From an uncultured delta proteobacterium (lineage in GTDB: Bacteria > Myxococcota_A > Polyangia > Haliangiales > Haliangiaceae): a stretch of DNA of 64,000 nucleotides. Below are positions 12,667-22,900 of the stretch, one piece after another. The notes beneath the pieces are model-generated. The model was given only the letters and a program-made list of their open reading frames with translations. It ran no database searches and had not been told where the DNA came from. Each line of letters begins with the position of its first letter. Position 1 is the first letter of the stretch. Position numbers and translations under genes: made by a program. The stretch lies in NCBI GenBank assembly GCA_963743525.1, contig CAVUQH010000004.1, positions 64,001 to 128,000 on the forward strand, given 5' to 3'.

Positions 12667-15600
12667 TTGTGTGCACGAGGGGGCGCGGCGCTGCTGCGAG
12701 ACGGATCTACGGCGACATTCCCGCGGCTAATCGTCTGCGCGGCAATCACCACTGCGATGCTGTTCGTCTGTCGGACGAGTCGCGCGCAGATCCGGTTTGC
12801 CGACGCCGCCGATCGCCTCGATTTTGCCGGGCAGTGCGGCGACGGCACGCTGGACGCCAACGAGGAATGCGACGATGGCAACCGCGACGACGCCGACGGC
12901 TGCAACGCAATCTGCGGGATCGACAGCGACTTCGACAGCATCGTCAACCTGGTCGAGCTCGACGATGCCGACCTCGCCACGCCGCCGACGGACACCGACG
13001 GCGACTCCATTCCCGACTACCAGGACGACGACAGCGACGACGACACGATCCTCGACTTCGACGAGGCCGGGGATCCGGACCCGTTCACCGACCCGGTCGA
13101 CACCGACGGCGATCTGGTTCCGGACTTTCGCGACGGCGACTCCGACGGTGACGGCATCCCCGACGCGGTGGAAGCCGGCGACAGCGACCTGGTCACGCCG
13201 CCGGTGGACACGGATCGCGACGGACTGCCGGATTTCATCGACACCGACAGCGACGCGGACACCGTCCCCGACGCCAGCGACAACTGCCGGCTGATCGCCA
13301 ACCCGGACCAGGCCGACAGCGACAACGACGGCATCGGCGATGCCTGTGACGAGCCCACGCCGCCACGCGCCCCGGTGGTGGAGTTCGGCGGCGGTGGCGG
13401 CTGCTCCGCGGGCGACGGCGGCTCCGGGTTGGGGGCGCTGGCGCTGCTGCTCTTCGCCCTGCTGGCGGTGGCTTCTCGGCGCAGACGCGCCGCGACGGTC
13501 ATCGCCATCGCGCTGCTCCGCACCGGCACCGCGAACGCCCAGGTCACCATCGACGAGAACATCGACATCGATCACTTCGTACTGTCGGGAGACCGCGCGG
13601 GCATCCTCAACGTCGAGTGGGCCGCGGTTCCCGACCACCTGCAGTGGGAGCTCGGCCTGGCGCTGAGCGGCGTCGCCGATCCGCTGGTGGCCCGGGTCGA
13701 CGGTGCCGACCAGTCGCTGGTCAGCAGCCGCTACAGCTCGACCGTCGTCGGGTCGATCGGGCTGTTCGGCTGGTCGCAGCTGACCCTGTCGCTGCCGGTC
13801 ATCATGTCGCAGTCGGGCGACCAGGCAACCGGCGTGGACAGCCAGGCCATCGACGGCGCCGCGCTCGGCGACCTGCGGATCGCGCCCAAGCTCCAGCTCC
13901 TGCGGCGAGCGCGCTTCGGCGTTAACGTCGCGCTGATACCCGCCTTCACCGTTCCCACCGCCAGCAACAACCGATTCGCCGGCAGCGGCGGCATCGCGTT
14001 TGCCCCCCAGCTGGCCGTGTCCGCCGTTGCCGCCAACCTGCGTCTCAGCGGCAACCTGGGCTACCTGGCGCGCAAGAATCGTGCGTTCGGTGGCGCCGAG
14101 ATCGGCGACGAGCTGAGAGCCACGATCGGCGCCGGCTACCGGGTCGGCGCGACGCCGATCGAGATCGACCTCAGCGCCATGCTCGCCCTGCCCGCCGGTG
14201 GCGACGGAACGCGGACCGACCGCACCTACGCCGAGCTCCTCGGCGGCGGCAGCTATCGGATCGACGATCAGCTGTCGGCCTTCGCCGGCGTCGGCCGGGG
14301 GCTGACCCGCGGCGTCGGCTCTCCCGCATGGCGAGCACTGGTGGGCATCCGCTTCAGCCCGCGGGGCGCGGAGCAGCGCGCGCCAGCAGCGCCGAGCAGC
14401 AGCTTCGAACGGGTCGTCGTCGTGCCCGATGAAGACGGCCACGTCGGCGCGGTGGAGGTCGATGACGGCACCAGCAAGACGCTGCTCGACACCGCGTATG
14501 CGTTCGACCGAGCTGCGCGCCGATGACCACACTGCCCGCGCGGTGCAGAGCTCGCCCGAGGCGGTCGAGTCCACGACCACGGCCCTGGCCACAGTGCTGC
14601 CGCCACCCGACCGCGATCTGGACGATATCGCCGACGCCGACGACAGCTGCCCGGACCGTCCGGGCAAGCCGTCGGCGAACCCGCTGCGCAACGGCTGCCC
14701 GGTGTCGGTGGAGAAGGTCGTGGTGCTGCCCGACGAAAACGGCCACGTCGGCGCCGTCGAGGTCGACGATGGCACCACCACCACGCTGCTCGATCAGCCG
14801 TACGCCGCCTCCGAGGTCGGCGCCGACGGCGCCGCCAGGGCCGTGCCCCCGGCTCCGCCCAGGGCGGTGGCGCGGGCAGTGTCGACCATCGTCGTCGCCC
14901 TGCCGCCGGCCGACGCCGACGACGACAGCATCCCCGACGTCTCCGATGCCTGTCCGGCCGTGGCCGGCGTGGTCTCGCCCGATCCGGTGCGCAACGGCTG
15001 CCCGGCAGCCAGTGAGCGAGTGATCGTGGTGCCCGACGCCGACGGTCACGTCGGCGCCGTCGAGGTCAACAACGGCACCACCAGGACAGTCATCGACCAG
15101 GCGTACGGCAGCGCCCAGGTCGCCGCTGATGGTGCCGTGGTCACCGCGCCGCCGCCGCCGGAGTCGAAATCGATCGATCGCGCCATCGTCGAGGTCGCGA
15201 CCGTGTTGCCGCCGGCCGACGAGGACGCCGACGGCACCATCGACGGCGACGACCTGTGCCCGACACGCGCTGGCGTCAAGACCGCCGACCTGCGAGACGG
15301 CTGCCCCAAGGGGGTCAGCGAGACCGTGACCGTGCTGCCCGACGAGGACGGCCACGTCGGCGCGGTCGAGATCGACGACGGCAGCGGCACCCCGGTCGTG
15401 CTGGACAAGGCGTTCGCGACCTCCGAGGTCGGCGCCGACGGTCACGTGCGCGAGGTCCCGGCGCCGCCCAAGGTGGTGCTGGAGAAGAAGATCACCGCCA
15501 TCGCCCGCACCATGCCCCACCGGGACGAGGACGGCGACGGCATCATCGACGCCAACGACGCGTGCAAGGATCGCCCGGGCAAGACCAGCCCCAAGCCGGC

Positions 15601-16159
15601 GCTCAACGGCTGCCCGGTCACCGTCGAGCGCATCGTCTTGCTGCCCGACGCCGACGGCCACGTCGGCGGTCTCGAGATTGGCGACGGCGCCGACAAGGTG
15701 ATCCTCGACAAGGCGTACGCCACCGCCGAAATCGGCACCGACGGCAAGGCGCTCACCACCCGCACGCCGGCCACCGAGGTCGAGCAGGAGTTCCACGAGA
15801 CGTTGGCGGCGCGGCCCGACTACAGCGGCGCGCGCATCGTCATCTACTTCAATAAGCGCGCCCAGCCGACCTACGACGTCAGCGAACAGATCGAGGATCT
15901 GGTCGCCGACCTCTACGGTCGCGTCGGCTACACCATCACCGTGGTCGGGCACACCGACTCCGTCGGCTCGCGCCGTCGCAACCAGCGACTGGGCCTGAAG
16001 CGGGCCCAGACGGTCGCCGATCAGCTGATCAAGGCGGGCGTCCCCAAGAGCGAGATCAAGGTGGAGTCCAAGGGCAGCTCGGAGCCGGCCGTTCGCGTCG
16101 ACGACCCGAGCATCCCGGTGCTGAAGAACCGCCGCGTCGAGATCTTCGTGCAGTACTAG
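12667..16159 (+). CDS. Large OmpA-family polyprotein: Cys-rich repeat, TSP3 repeats, internal MYXO-CTERM-like signal, outer-membrane barrel, 5 repeat modules, OmpA C-terminal domain; interrupted by a +1 frameshift at 14503-14504
   Basis: ORFs 12667-14526 and 14429-16159 join if one T is removed ([14 protein letters not shown] matches the sister repeats). CGDG..EECDDGN..DGC; DxDGDGIPD repeats; [28 protein letters not shown]. Confidence 0.8.
14407..15820 (+). repeat. Five intragenic tandem modules of about 101-102 codons
   Basis: Units start at 14407, 14711, 15014, 15320 and 15626 (spacing 304/303/306/306). Each has E.V.V.PD.DGHVG.VE..DG....LD.AYA; the first four end in a TSP3-like D.D.D...D.C...GCP segment. 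Confidence 0.9.
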
Positions 16160-16182
16160 CGCGCCCGCCAGACCGAGCCAGC

Positions 16183-18663
16183 ATGGAGAAATACAAGCGT
16201 CGAATTTGGCTGTTCCAGATTCCGCTGGTGCTGTTGTGGACGCTGGCGCTGCTCATCGCCGATTGCGGCGACGACGGCACCCTCGAGTCCGGGTTCCTGC
16301 GCCGCGACATCTACCCATCGGTGCGCGGCCTGTCGAGCTCCTACACCGACCTCAAGTTCAAGGCGCGCGGGCCGCGCCCGGTGCGCAACAAGATCGTGAT
16401 CGTCGAGATCGACGACCGCGCCATCAGCATGGTCGGGCGATGGCCGTGGCACCGCGACGCGGTCGCCCTGCTGATCATGGCGGCGCTGGAAAACGGCGCC
16501 AGGGCGGTCGGCCTCGACATCGTGTTCCCCGAAGACGACGTACGCGTGGCTCCGGACCTGGCGGAGCTGTTGCAGAACAACGGTCTCGGCGACCAGATCC
16601 CGCAGTTCGAAAGCGACCTGGTGCTCAAGCGGATCATCGATCTCTACAAGGACAGGCTGGTCCTCGGCTGGATGAGCGACACCACCTGTCGGCCCGCCTT
16701 TCACGACGATCCGTGCGACGTCACCAGCGAAGGAGCCCTGGCGTCGATCCCGCAGGGCTTCGACAAGTTCGCGTTCGACCAGTTCACGCTGCCCAAAGGC
16801 TTCGATCCGGGCGACACGCCGATCGTCTCGGCCGAGAGCGTGGTTTCGAACCTGCCGATGTACAACGAGTCGGCGGTCTACTCCGGCTTCCTGGTCAGCG
16901 CGGTCGAGGAGTCCGACGAGGTGGTTCGCCGGGCCCAGGCCGCGCTCGTGCTCGGCGGCAAGCCGTATCCGTCACTGCCGCTGCAGATGGCCAGCATCGG
17001 CCTGGACGACAAGCTGGCCATCGACTTCGACGGCGACCTGATCAAGGACATCTGGTTCGTCAAGACCGGCCGGCGAGTCCCGGTTTCACCCACCGGCGCC
17101 GTCTCGATCAACTTCCGCGGCGGCGCTTACCATTTCCCCTACGTCGGCGCCGTCAACCTGCTCAGCGAAGAGCCCAACATCCCGGTCCAGCACGACGGCA
17201 AGATCGAGACCCGCCCGGTCAAAGAGGTATTCAAGGACGCCTACGTGCTGATCGGCGTCACCGCCATCGGCGGACGCGACCTGCGGAACTTCCCGTTCGG
17301 TCACAACATCCCGGGCACCGAGGGACTCGCGACCATCCTGGACAACACGCTCAGCGGCGACGCTATCACCCGCAGCAAGGGGATGTGGGGACTGCCGCTG
17401 CTGCTGCTGATGATGACCGTCGGCGGGGCCTTGTTCTGCCTGCTGATGATCCGGCTGTCGGCGCTGCCCGCGATCATCGCGTCGCTGCTGACGATCGGCG
17501 TCATCGCGCTGATCGACATCTACTACGTCTTCGGCCATCTCGATGTCGACCTCAACAGCGCCTTCCTGCTGGGCGAGCTGGCCACGATCTTCATCACCAC
17601 GGTGGCGGTGAAGTACATCATGGAGGAGCGGCGCAAGCGGGTGATCCGCGGGACCTTCTCCAAGTACCTCGCGCCCGAGGTCGTCGACGAGATGCTCAAG
17701 GACCCCGACAACATCGAGCTCGGCGGTGAGGCGCGCCAGCTGACGATCATGATGTCGGACCTGCGCGGCTTCACCGCCACGGCCGAGCGGCTCGCCCCCG
17801 AGCAGGTCCTCGAGATGCTCAACCACTATCTCGGGACCATGGCCGACATCATCGTCGACTACCGCGGGACCATCGACGAGTTCATCGGCGACGCCATCCT
17901 GGTGATCTTCGGTGCGCCCATCGCCCGCCCCGACGACGCCCGCCGCGCGGTGGCCTGCTGCGTGGCCATGCAAAAGGCGATGAAGGGGATCAACGAGGTC
18001 AACACGGGCAAGGGGCTGCCCAGGCTGGAGATGGGCATCGCCCTCAACACCGGCGAGGTCACGGTCGGCAACATCGGCTCGCAGAAGCGCCTCAAGTACG
18101 GCGTCGTCGGCAGCCACGTCAACCTGACCGCGCGCATCGAATCGAACACCGTCGGCGGCCAGCTGCTCATCTCCGAGAGCACCCTGGCCCTGGCCGGCGA
18201 CGACATCGTGCTGGGCGAGACCTACTCGATCGTCGCCAAGGGCTTCCCCGAGCCGATCGTCGCCCACGAGGTGCTGGGCATCGGCGGCGAGTACGATCTC
18301 CACCTCGACGAGGTCGACCTCGCGCTGGTCGAGCTGGACGATCCGGTCGAGGTCCGCTACCGGGTGATGCGCAGCAAGAACGACGAGAGCGACGAGCAGG
18401 CCGGGCGGCTGACGTCACTGTCGGCGCTGGCCGCGTCACTCGAGACCGACGGTGAGCTGCAGGCGCTGCAGAACCTGAAGCTGCAGCTGCTCGCGGCCTC
18501 GGGCGAGCCGATCGAAGGCGACCTGTACGCCAAGGTCACCGCCGCCGGCGACACCTGCGCCTTGCGCTTCACCGCCGTCCCCCCGACCGTCGAGGCGTTC
18601 ATCAGCGAGCACCTGGGCGACGGCGGTTCCGAGCGCTCCGCCGAGATGGTCGAGCGCGACTAG
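16183..18663 (+). CDS. CHASE2-domain class III nucleotide cyclase with Cya2-like guanylate-cyclase residues and a C-terminal PilZ-like barrel
   Basis: CHASE2 IVIVEIDD..GRWPWHR..AVGLDIVF; three TM helices before the catalytic domain; MSDLRGFT, IDEFIGDA, KYGVVGSHVNLTARIE. Confidence 0.9.
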   Translation: MEKYKRRIWLFQIPLVLLWTLALLIADCGDDGTLESGFLRRDIYPSVRGLSSSYTDLKFKARGPRPVRNKIVIVEIDDRAISMVGRWPWHRDAVALLIMAALENGARAVGLDIVFPEDDVRVAPDLAELLQNNGLGDQIPQFESDLVLKRIIDLYKDRLVLGWMSDTTCRPAFHDDPCDVTSEGALASIPQGFDKFAFDQFTLPKGFDPGDTPIVSAESVVSNLPMYNESAVYSGFLVSAVEESDEVVRRAQAALVLGGKPYPSLPLQMASIGLDDKLAIDFDGDLIKDIWFVKTGRRVPVSPTGAVSINFRGGAYHFPYVGAVNLLSEEPNIPVQHDGKIETRPVKEVFKDAYVLIGVTAIGGRDLRNFPFGHNIPGTEGLATILDNTLSGDAITRSKGMWGLPLLLLMMTVGGALFCLLMIRLSALPAIIASLLTIGVIALIDIYYVFGHLDVDLNSAFLLGELATIFITTVAVKYIMEERRKRVIRGTFSKYLAPEVVDEMLKDPDNIELGGEARQLTIMMSDLRGFTATAERLAPEQVLEMLNHYLGTMADIIVDYRGTIDEFIGDAILVIFGAPIARPDDARRAVACCVAMQKAMKGINEVNTGKGLPRLEMGIALNTGEVTVGNIGSQKRLKYGVVGSHVNLTARIESNTVGGQLLISESTLALAGDDIVLGETYSIVAKGFPEPIVAHEVLGIGGEYDLHLDEVDLALVELDDPVEVRYRVMRSKNDESDEQAGRLTSLSALAASLETDGELQALQNLKLQLLAASGEPIEGDLYAKVTAAGDTCALRFTAVPPTVEAFISEHLGDGGSERSAEMVERD

Positions 18664-19532
18664 CCGGCGGGCACGAAACGACGGCTGGCCGAATCCCAGC
18701 GCTCGGTGGCGCCCTCGCGTGCGAGGGCGAACCGGTCCAGACCGGAGGCGTGGCGCGCGGCAGCCGCCTCGATCTCGGCGTCGGCACGCAGCGGACCGTG
18801 GTGAGCCGCGAGAATGCGCGCCTGGGGAAACGCTCGCGCCAGCGCGGCGACCGACTCGACCGACCCGTGACCGAAGGCGTGATCGGCGACATCGCTGTAG
18901 CTGGCGTCGACCACCGCCAGGTCTGCCGAGGCGACCACGCGCCGCTCCATCTCCGACGTCTCGCCGGTCGGCTCGTGGTCACACAGGTAGGCCACGGTAG
19001 GGCCGCCCTCGACCGCCAGCCGGAAACCCAGGGTGTCGAGATAGCGCCGGTCAGGTGCGATACCGCTGTAGTGGTGCAGCGCGACCGGCTCCAGCGTCGC
19101 ACCGGGCAGCTGCACCGAAGCGCCCGCCTCGAGCTCGACCAGCGCCAGGTTGGCCAGCGTGCCGATCGCCAGGATCTCCAGCGGGACGAACGACGGCGGC
19201 TCGAACACCCGGCCAATCGCCTCGAGCGCCTCGGCCGGGCCGAGGATCGTCAGCTCGAGGCCGCTGTTCTTGCGCCACATCCACTCGGCATCCTTGAGCC
19301 CCTCCCAGTGGTCAACGTGGGCGTGACTGACCAGGAGGTGGATCCGCTCGACCCGCCCCAGCCGCTCATCGGTGCGGAGGGCGGACGACAGCGGCACCAG
19401 GCCGCTGCCGGCATCGAACACGAACAGGTCGTTGCCGACCGCCAGTGAGTAGCACGAGGTGCGGTTGCCGATCTGCGAGCCGACGGCGTTGCGCGAGCCG
19501 CGGGATCCCCAGATGTGGAACAGCGTCGGCAA
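18660..19532 (-). CDS. MBL-fold metallohydrolase (RNase Z / phosphodiesterase-like)
   Basis: WGSRGS..GNRTSC..FDAGSG..SHAHVDH..DHE..FGHGS..HH. Confidence 0.88.
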   Translation of the reverse strand: MPTLFHIWGSRGSRNAVGSQIGNRTSCYSLAVGNDLFVFDAGSGLVPLSSALRTDERLGRVERIHLLVSHAHVDHWEGLKDAEWMWRKNSGLELTILGPAEALEAIGRVFEPPSFVPLEILAIGTLANLALVELEAGASVQLPGATLEPVALHHYSGIAPDRRYLDTLGFRLAVEGGPTVAYLCDHEPTGETSEMERRVVASADLAVVDASYSDVADHAFGHGSVESVAALARAFPQARILAAHHGPLRADAEIEAAAARHASGLDRFALAREGATERWDSASRRFVPAG

Positions 19533-19912
19533 GGCGTCAGTATATCACCGCGCGCGTACCACAATCAGAGCGGCGGGCTCGCTCATCGGGCGGCGCTCGG
19601 CGCGGCAACCCAGACGACGTCGTCCGCGCCGAGGCCGGCGAGGGAGCGCGGCCGTTCACTGCGCGGAACCACTACGTCGCGCGCCGATTGCGCGAGCGGT
19701 GCGCGTCGATCGACGTCGAGGCCGCGGATGGCGGCAACGCGCGCCCTCCCCGATTCCCTCGACGGCCGAGGAAAGCTCCATTCGGTGGGAGCACAACGGG
19801 TCTCGGGCGACCGAGGCGGCGCGACGTGCCCCTGCCCGCTGGGCCGCCGGCCCCAGGTCCAGGTCGAACCGACCCGTTCCTTGAGGCATAATGGCGAGGC
19901 TACCTAACTCAC

Positions 19913-22900
19913 GTGCTCGCCAAACCTCCATTCGACGCGGGCCCGCGTTTCGAAATCCGCCGATCCCTGGGACACGGCGGGATGGGCGTGGTTTTCGAGG
20001 CGTACGACCGCGAGCGACGAGAGCTCGTCGCACTCAAGACCATGCGCAGCGTGGGCGTCCGCGAGCTCGCGCGGTTCAAGCGCGAGTTCCGCGCCGTGCA
20101 CGACCTGGCGCATCCCAACGTGGTGGCGCTGGGTGAGCTGTTCGACGGCGAATCCGAGCCGTTCTTCACCATGGAGCTCGTGCGCGGCGGGACCTTCCTC
20201 GACTACGTCCGCGCCTGGGACGACCGAGCGGAGCGCAGCGACTCACTGACGCCTTCGACCCGCCAGCAGTGGAGCTCGCCGCGCGACCATGTGTCGGCTG
20301 GCAATTCGTCGAGCGGATCCTCGGCTGCCGCCGCGGTGCCGCGAGTTGCGGTGCCGGTAGCGTACGACGACGCGCGGTTGCGCCACGCGCTGGAGCAGCT
20401 GACCCGCGCCATCGTCGCCGTGCACGGCGCTGGCCTGGTCCATCGCGACATCAAACCGTCCAACGTCCTGGTCACCCGCGAGGGCCGCGTGGTGCTGCTC
20501 GATTTCGGCCTGGTCACCGAGACCAGCTCGCCTACCGGGCCGACGCAGTCGTCGCAGACCGGCGCGGTCGGCACGGTGGCCTACATGGCTCCCGAGCAAG
20601 CCATCTCCGGAGACATCGGCCCGGCAGCAGACTGGTTCAGCGTCGGGGTCATGCTGTTCGAATCGCTCACCGGCGTGCTGCCGCATACCGGGCGCACCAC
20701 CTTCGACGTGATCCTCAACAAGCAGCAGGTCCCGGCACCGCCCCCCAGGCAGTTGGTGCCAACGGTACCGGCAGACCTGGACGCTCTTTGTGTCGGGCTG
20801 CTGCACACCGATCCCGGCCAGCGGCCGAGCGGCAGCGACCTTCTCACCCGGCTGGGTGTTCGGACCAGCGACACCGGCGCCTTCGAGACATTGGCCGCAG
20901 GGCCCAGCATCACGGCGGGCAACCCGTTCGTCGGTCGCGCCGACGAATTGCAAGCGCTGCGCGCGGCGTTCGAGCGCAGCCACGAGTCGCCGGTCGCATT
21001 GTTCGTCGAAGGCGTTTCCGGCGTGGGCAAGACCCAGCTCGTCGAAGCGTTCCTCGAGCAACTGTCCGACTCGATACCGGCGCCGGTGCTCCTGTCCGGG
21101 CGCTGCTACGAGCGCGAGGTCGTCTCGTACAAGGCATTCGACGGCATCGCCGAGGCGCTCGCGCGCTACCTGGTGCGACTGTCGCCGGTCGACGTCGCCG
21201 GGCTGATGCCGATGCACGCGGCGCTGCTTGCCCGGCTGTTCCCGTCCCTGCGCCGGGTCGAGGCGATCGCCACCGCGCCGCGGCTCGACGAAGCGCCCAA
21301 CCCGCACGACCAGCGGCGGAGAATGTTCGGCGCTCTGCGCGAGCTGTTCTCGCGGATCGCCGAGCGCCGGCCGCTGGTCTGCTTCATCGACGACCTGCAG
21401 TGGACCGATGCCGACAGCCTGATCCTGTTGCAGGATCTCCTCGGCGGCGAAGACCCACCGCCGCTGCTGCTCATCGCCACCATGCGTCCGGTCGACGACG
21501 ACGTCCGCCGCGCGCTGTTGCGCAGCGTGGACGATCTGGCGCACACCGAGCATGTCCCGCTGCGCGAGCTGTCGCCGGCCGAAGCGGAGAACCTCGCCGC
21601 GCTGTTGCTCCCCGATCGCGACCAGACCGTGCACCGGGCGATCGCCGCCGACGCAAGCGGACACCCGCTGCTCCTCCACGCGCTCGCGCGGCACCTGGCC
21701 GGCTCTGCCGACGCCACCGTGACCGGCGCGTCGTTGGAAGAGATGCTCGCGGCCCGCATCGACACGCTGCCCGACAGCACCAGACAGCTGCTCGAGGTGG
21801 TGGCGCTGTACGGCGGACCGGTCACGCAGCAAGTGGCCGGCCGCGCCGCCAAGATGCCCCGCGCCGACGTGGCCAAAGCGGTGCACGTCCTGCGCGCGGC
21901 CCACCTCCTGCGCACCGACGGTGTCCGCCATACCGACCGCGTCTTCACCTATCACGACCGGGTGCGCGAGCACGTCACGGGCACTCTCGACGACGAACGG
22001 CGCCGGTACCTGCACCGCCGGTTGGCCGCCGCGCTGGCGCAGACCGACGAAGCCGACCTCGATCCGCGCGCGCTGGTGCGCCACGCCCGCGCCGCCGGGC
22101 AGCTCGACCAGGCCGCGCTCCACGCCATCGCCGCGGCGCAGCACGCGATGACGACCCTCGCATTCGACCAGGCGGCCGAGCTGTTTGCCGCCGCGGTCGA
22201 GCTGGCCGAAGACGACCAGGGAACGCTGCGCGTGCTGCGCCTTCAGCAGGCCGCCGCCCTGGTCCACGCCGGTCGCGGGCCGGAAGCCGCCGGGGTGCTG
22301 ATGCTGGCGGCCGACGACGCCGATCCGGCGGTGCGCCTGGACTGCCAGCGGCAGGCGGCCGAGCAGTGGATCAACACCGGTCACCTGGACAAGGGGATGG
22401 ACGTCCTCCGCGCCTCCCTGGCCGAGATCGGCGAGCCGCTGGCCGCCGGTCCGCGACGAGCGCTGGCGCGCGTGCTGTGGAACCGGACGCGCATTCGACT
22501 CCGCGGCCTTCACCACCGGCCGCGCATGGAGAGCCAGGTCTCGCCGGAGGCGTTGCGCCGCCTCGACGTCCTTCGTACCGTGGCCCACGGCCTGGCGATG
22601 GTCAACTTCATCCGCGGCGCCGACTTCAACGGGCGCTTCCTGCTGCAGGCGCTGCGCACCGGCGAGCCCCAGCGTCTGATCGAGGCGCTGGCCACCGAGG
22701 TGGTCTATCTATCCAGCCAGGGCGGACGGGCCGACCGGCGCGCTCGCCGGATATTCGCGCGCATGAAGGAGCTGGCCGAGAACGCGCCCGACGATGCCTA
22801 CGCTCGCAGCTGGCTGTTGCTGGCCGACGGCGCCGCCAAGTTCTTCGAGGGCACCTTCGCCGAGGCCGACGTCGCCCTGGAGCAATGCGAGAAGGTGCTG

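Noticed and set aside
14490..14530. Programmed ribosomal frameshifting or phase variation at the three broken genes
   Set aside because: No slippery heptamer or long homopolymer; the runs are only 2-3 nt, so single-base error is the simpler explanation.
14407..15820. Recurring GACGGCCACGTCGGCG as a possible CRISPR or non-coding repeat array
   Set aside because: The period is about 303-306 nt and in frame, variation is codon-like, and no cas genes are present. It is a protein repeat.
12667..16159. Calling the OmpA polyprotein TraA/TraB
   Set aside because: Only the architecture is similar; no recognisable TraA variable domain, and the FecR/CHASE2 context differs.
19533..19912. 380-bp intergenic region as an ncRNA, riboswitch or gene remnant
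   Set aside because: I could not identify a convincing long stem, known RNA motif or well-supported ORF by eye; an Rfam/Infernal search would be needed.
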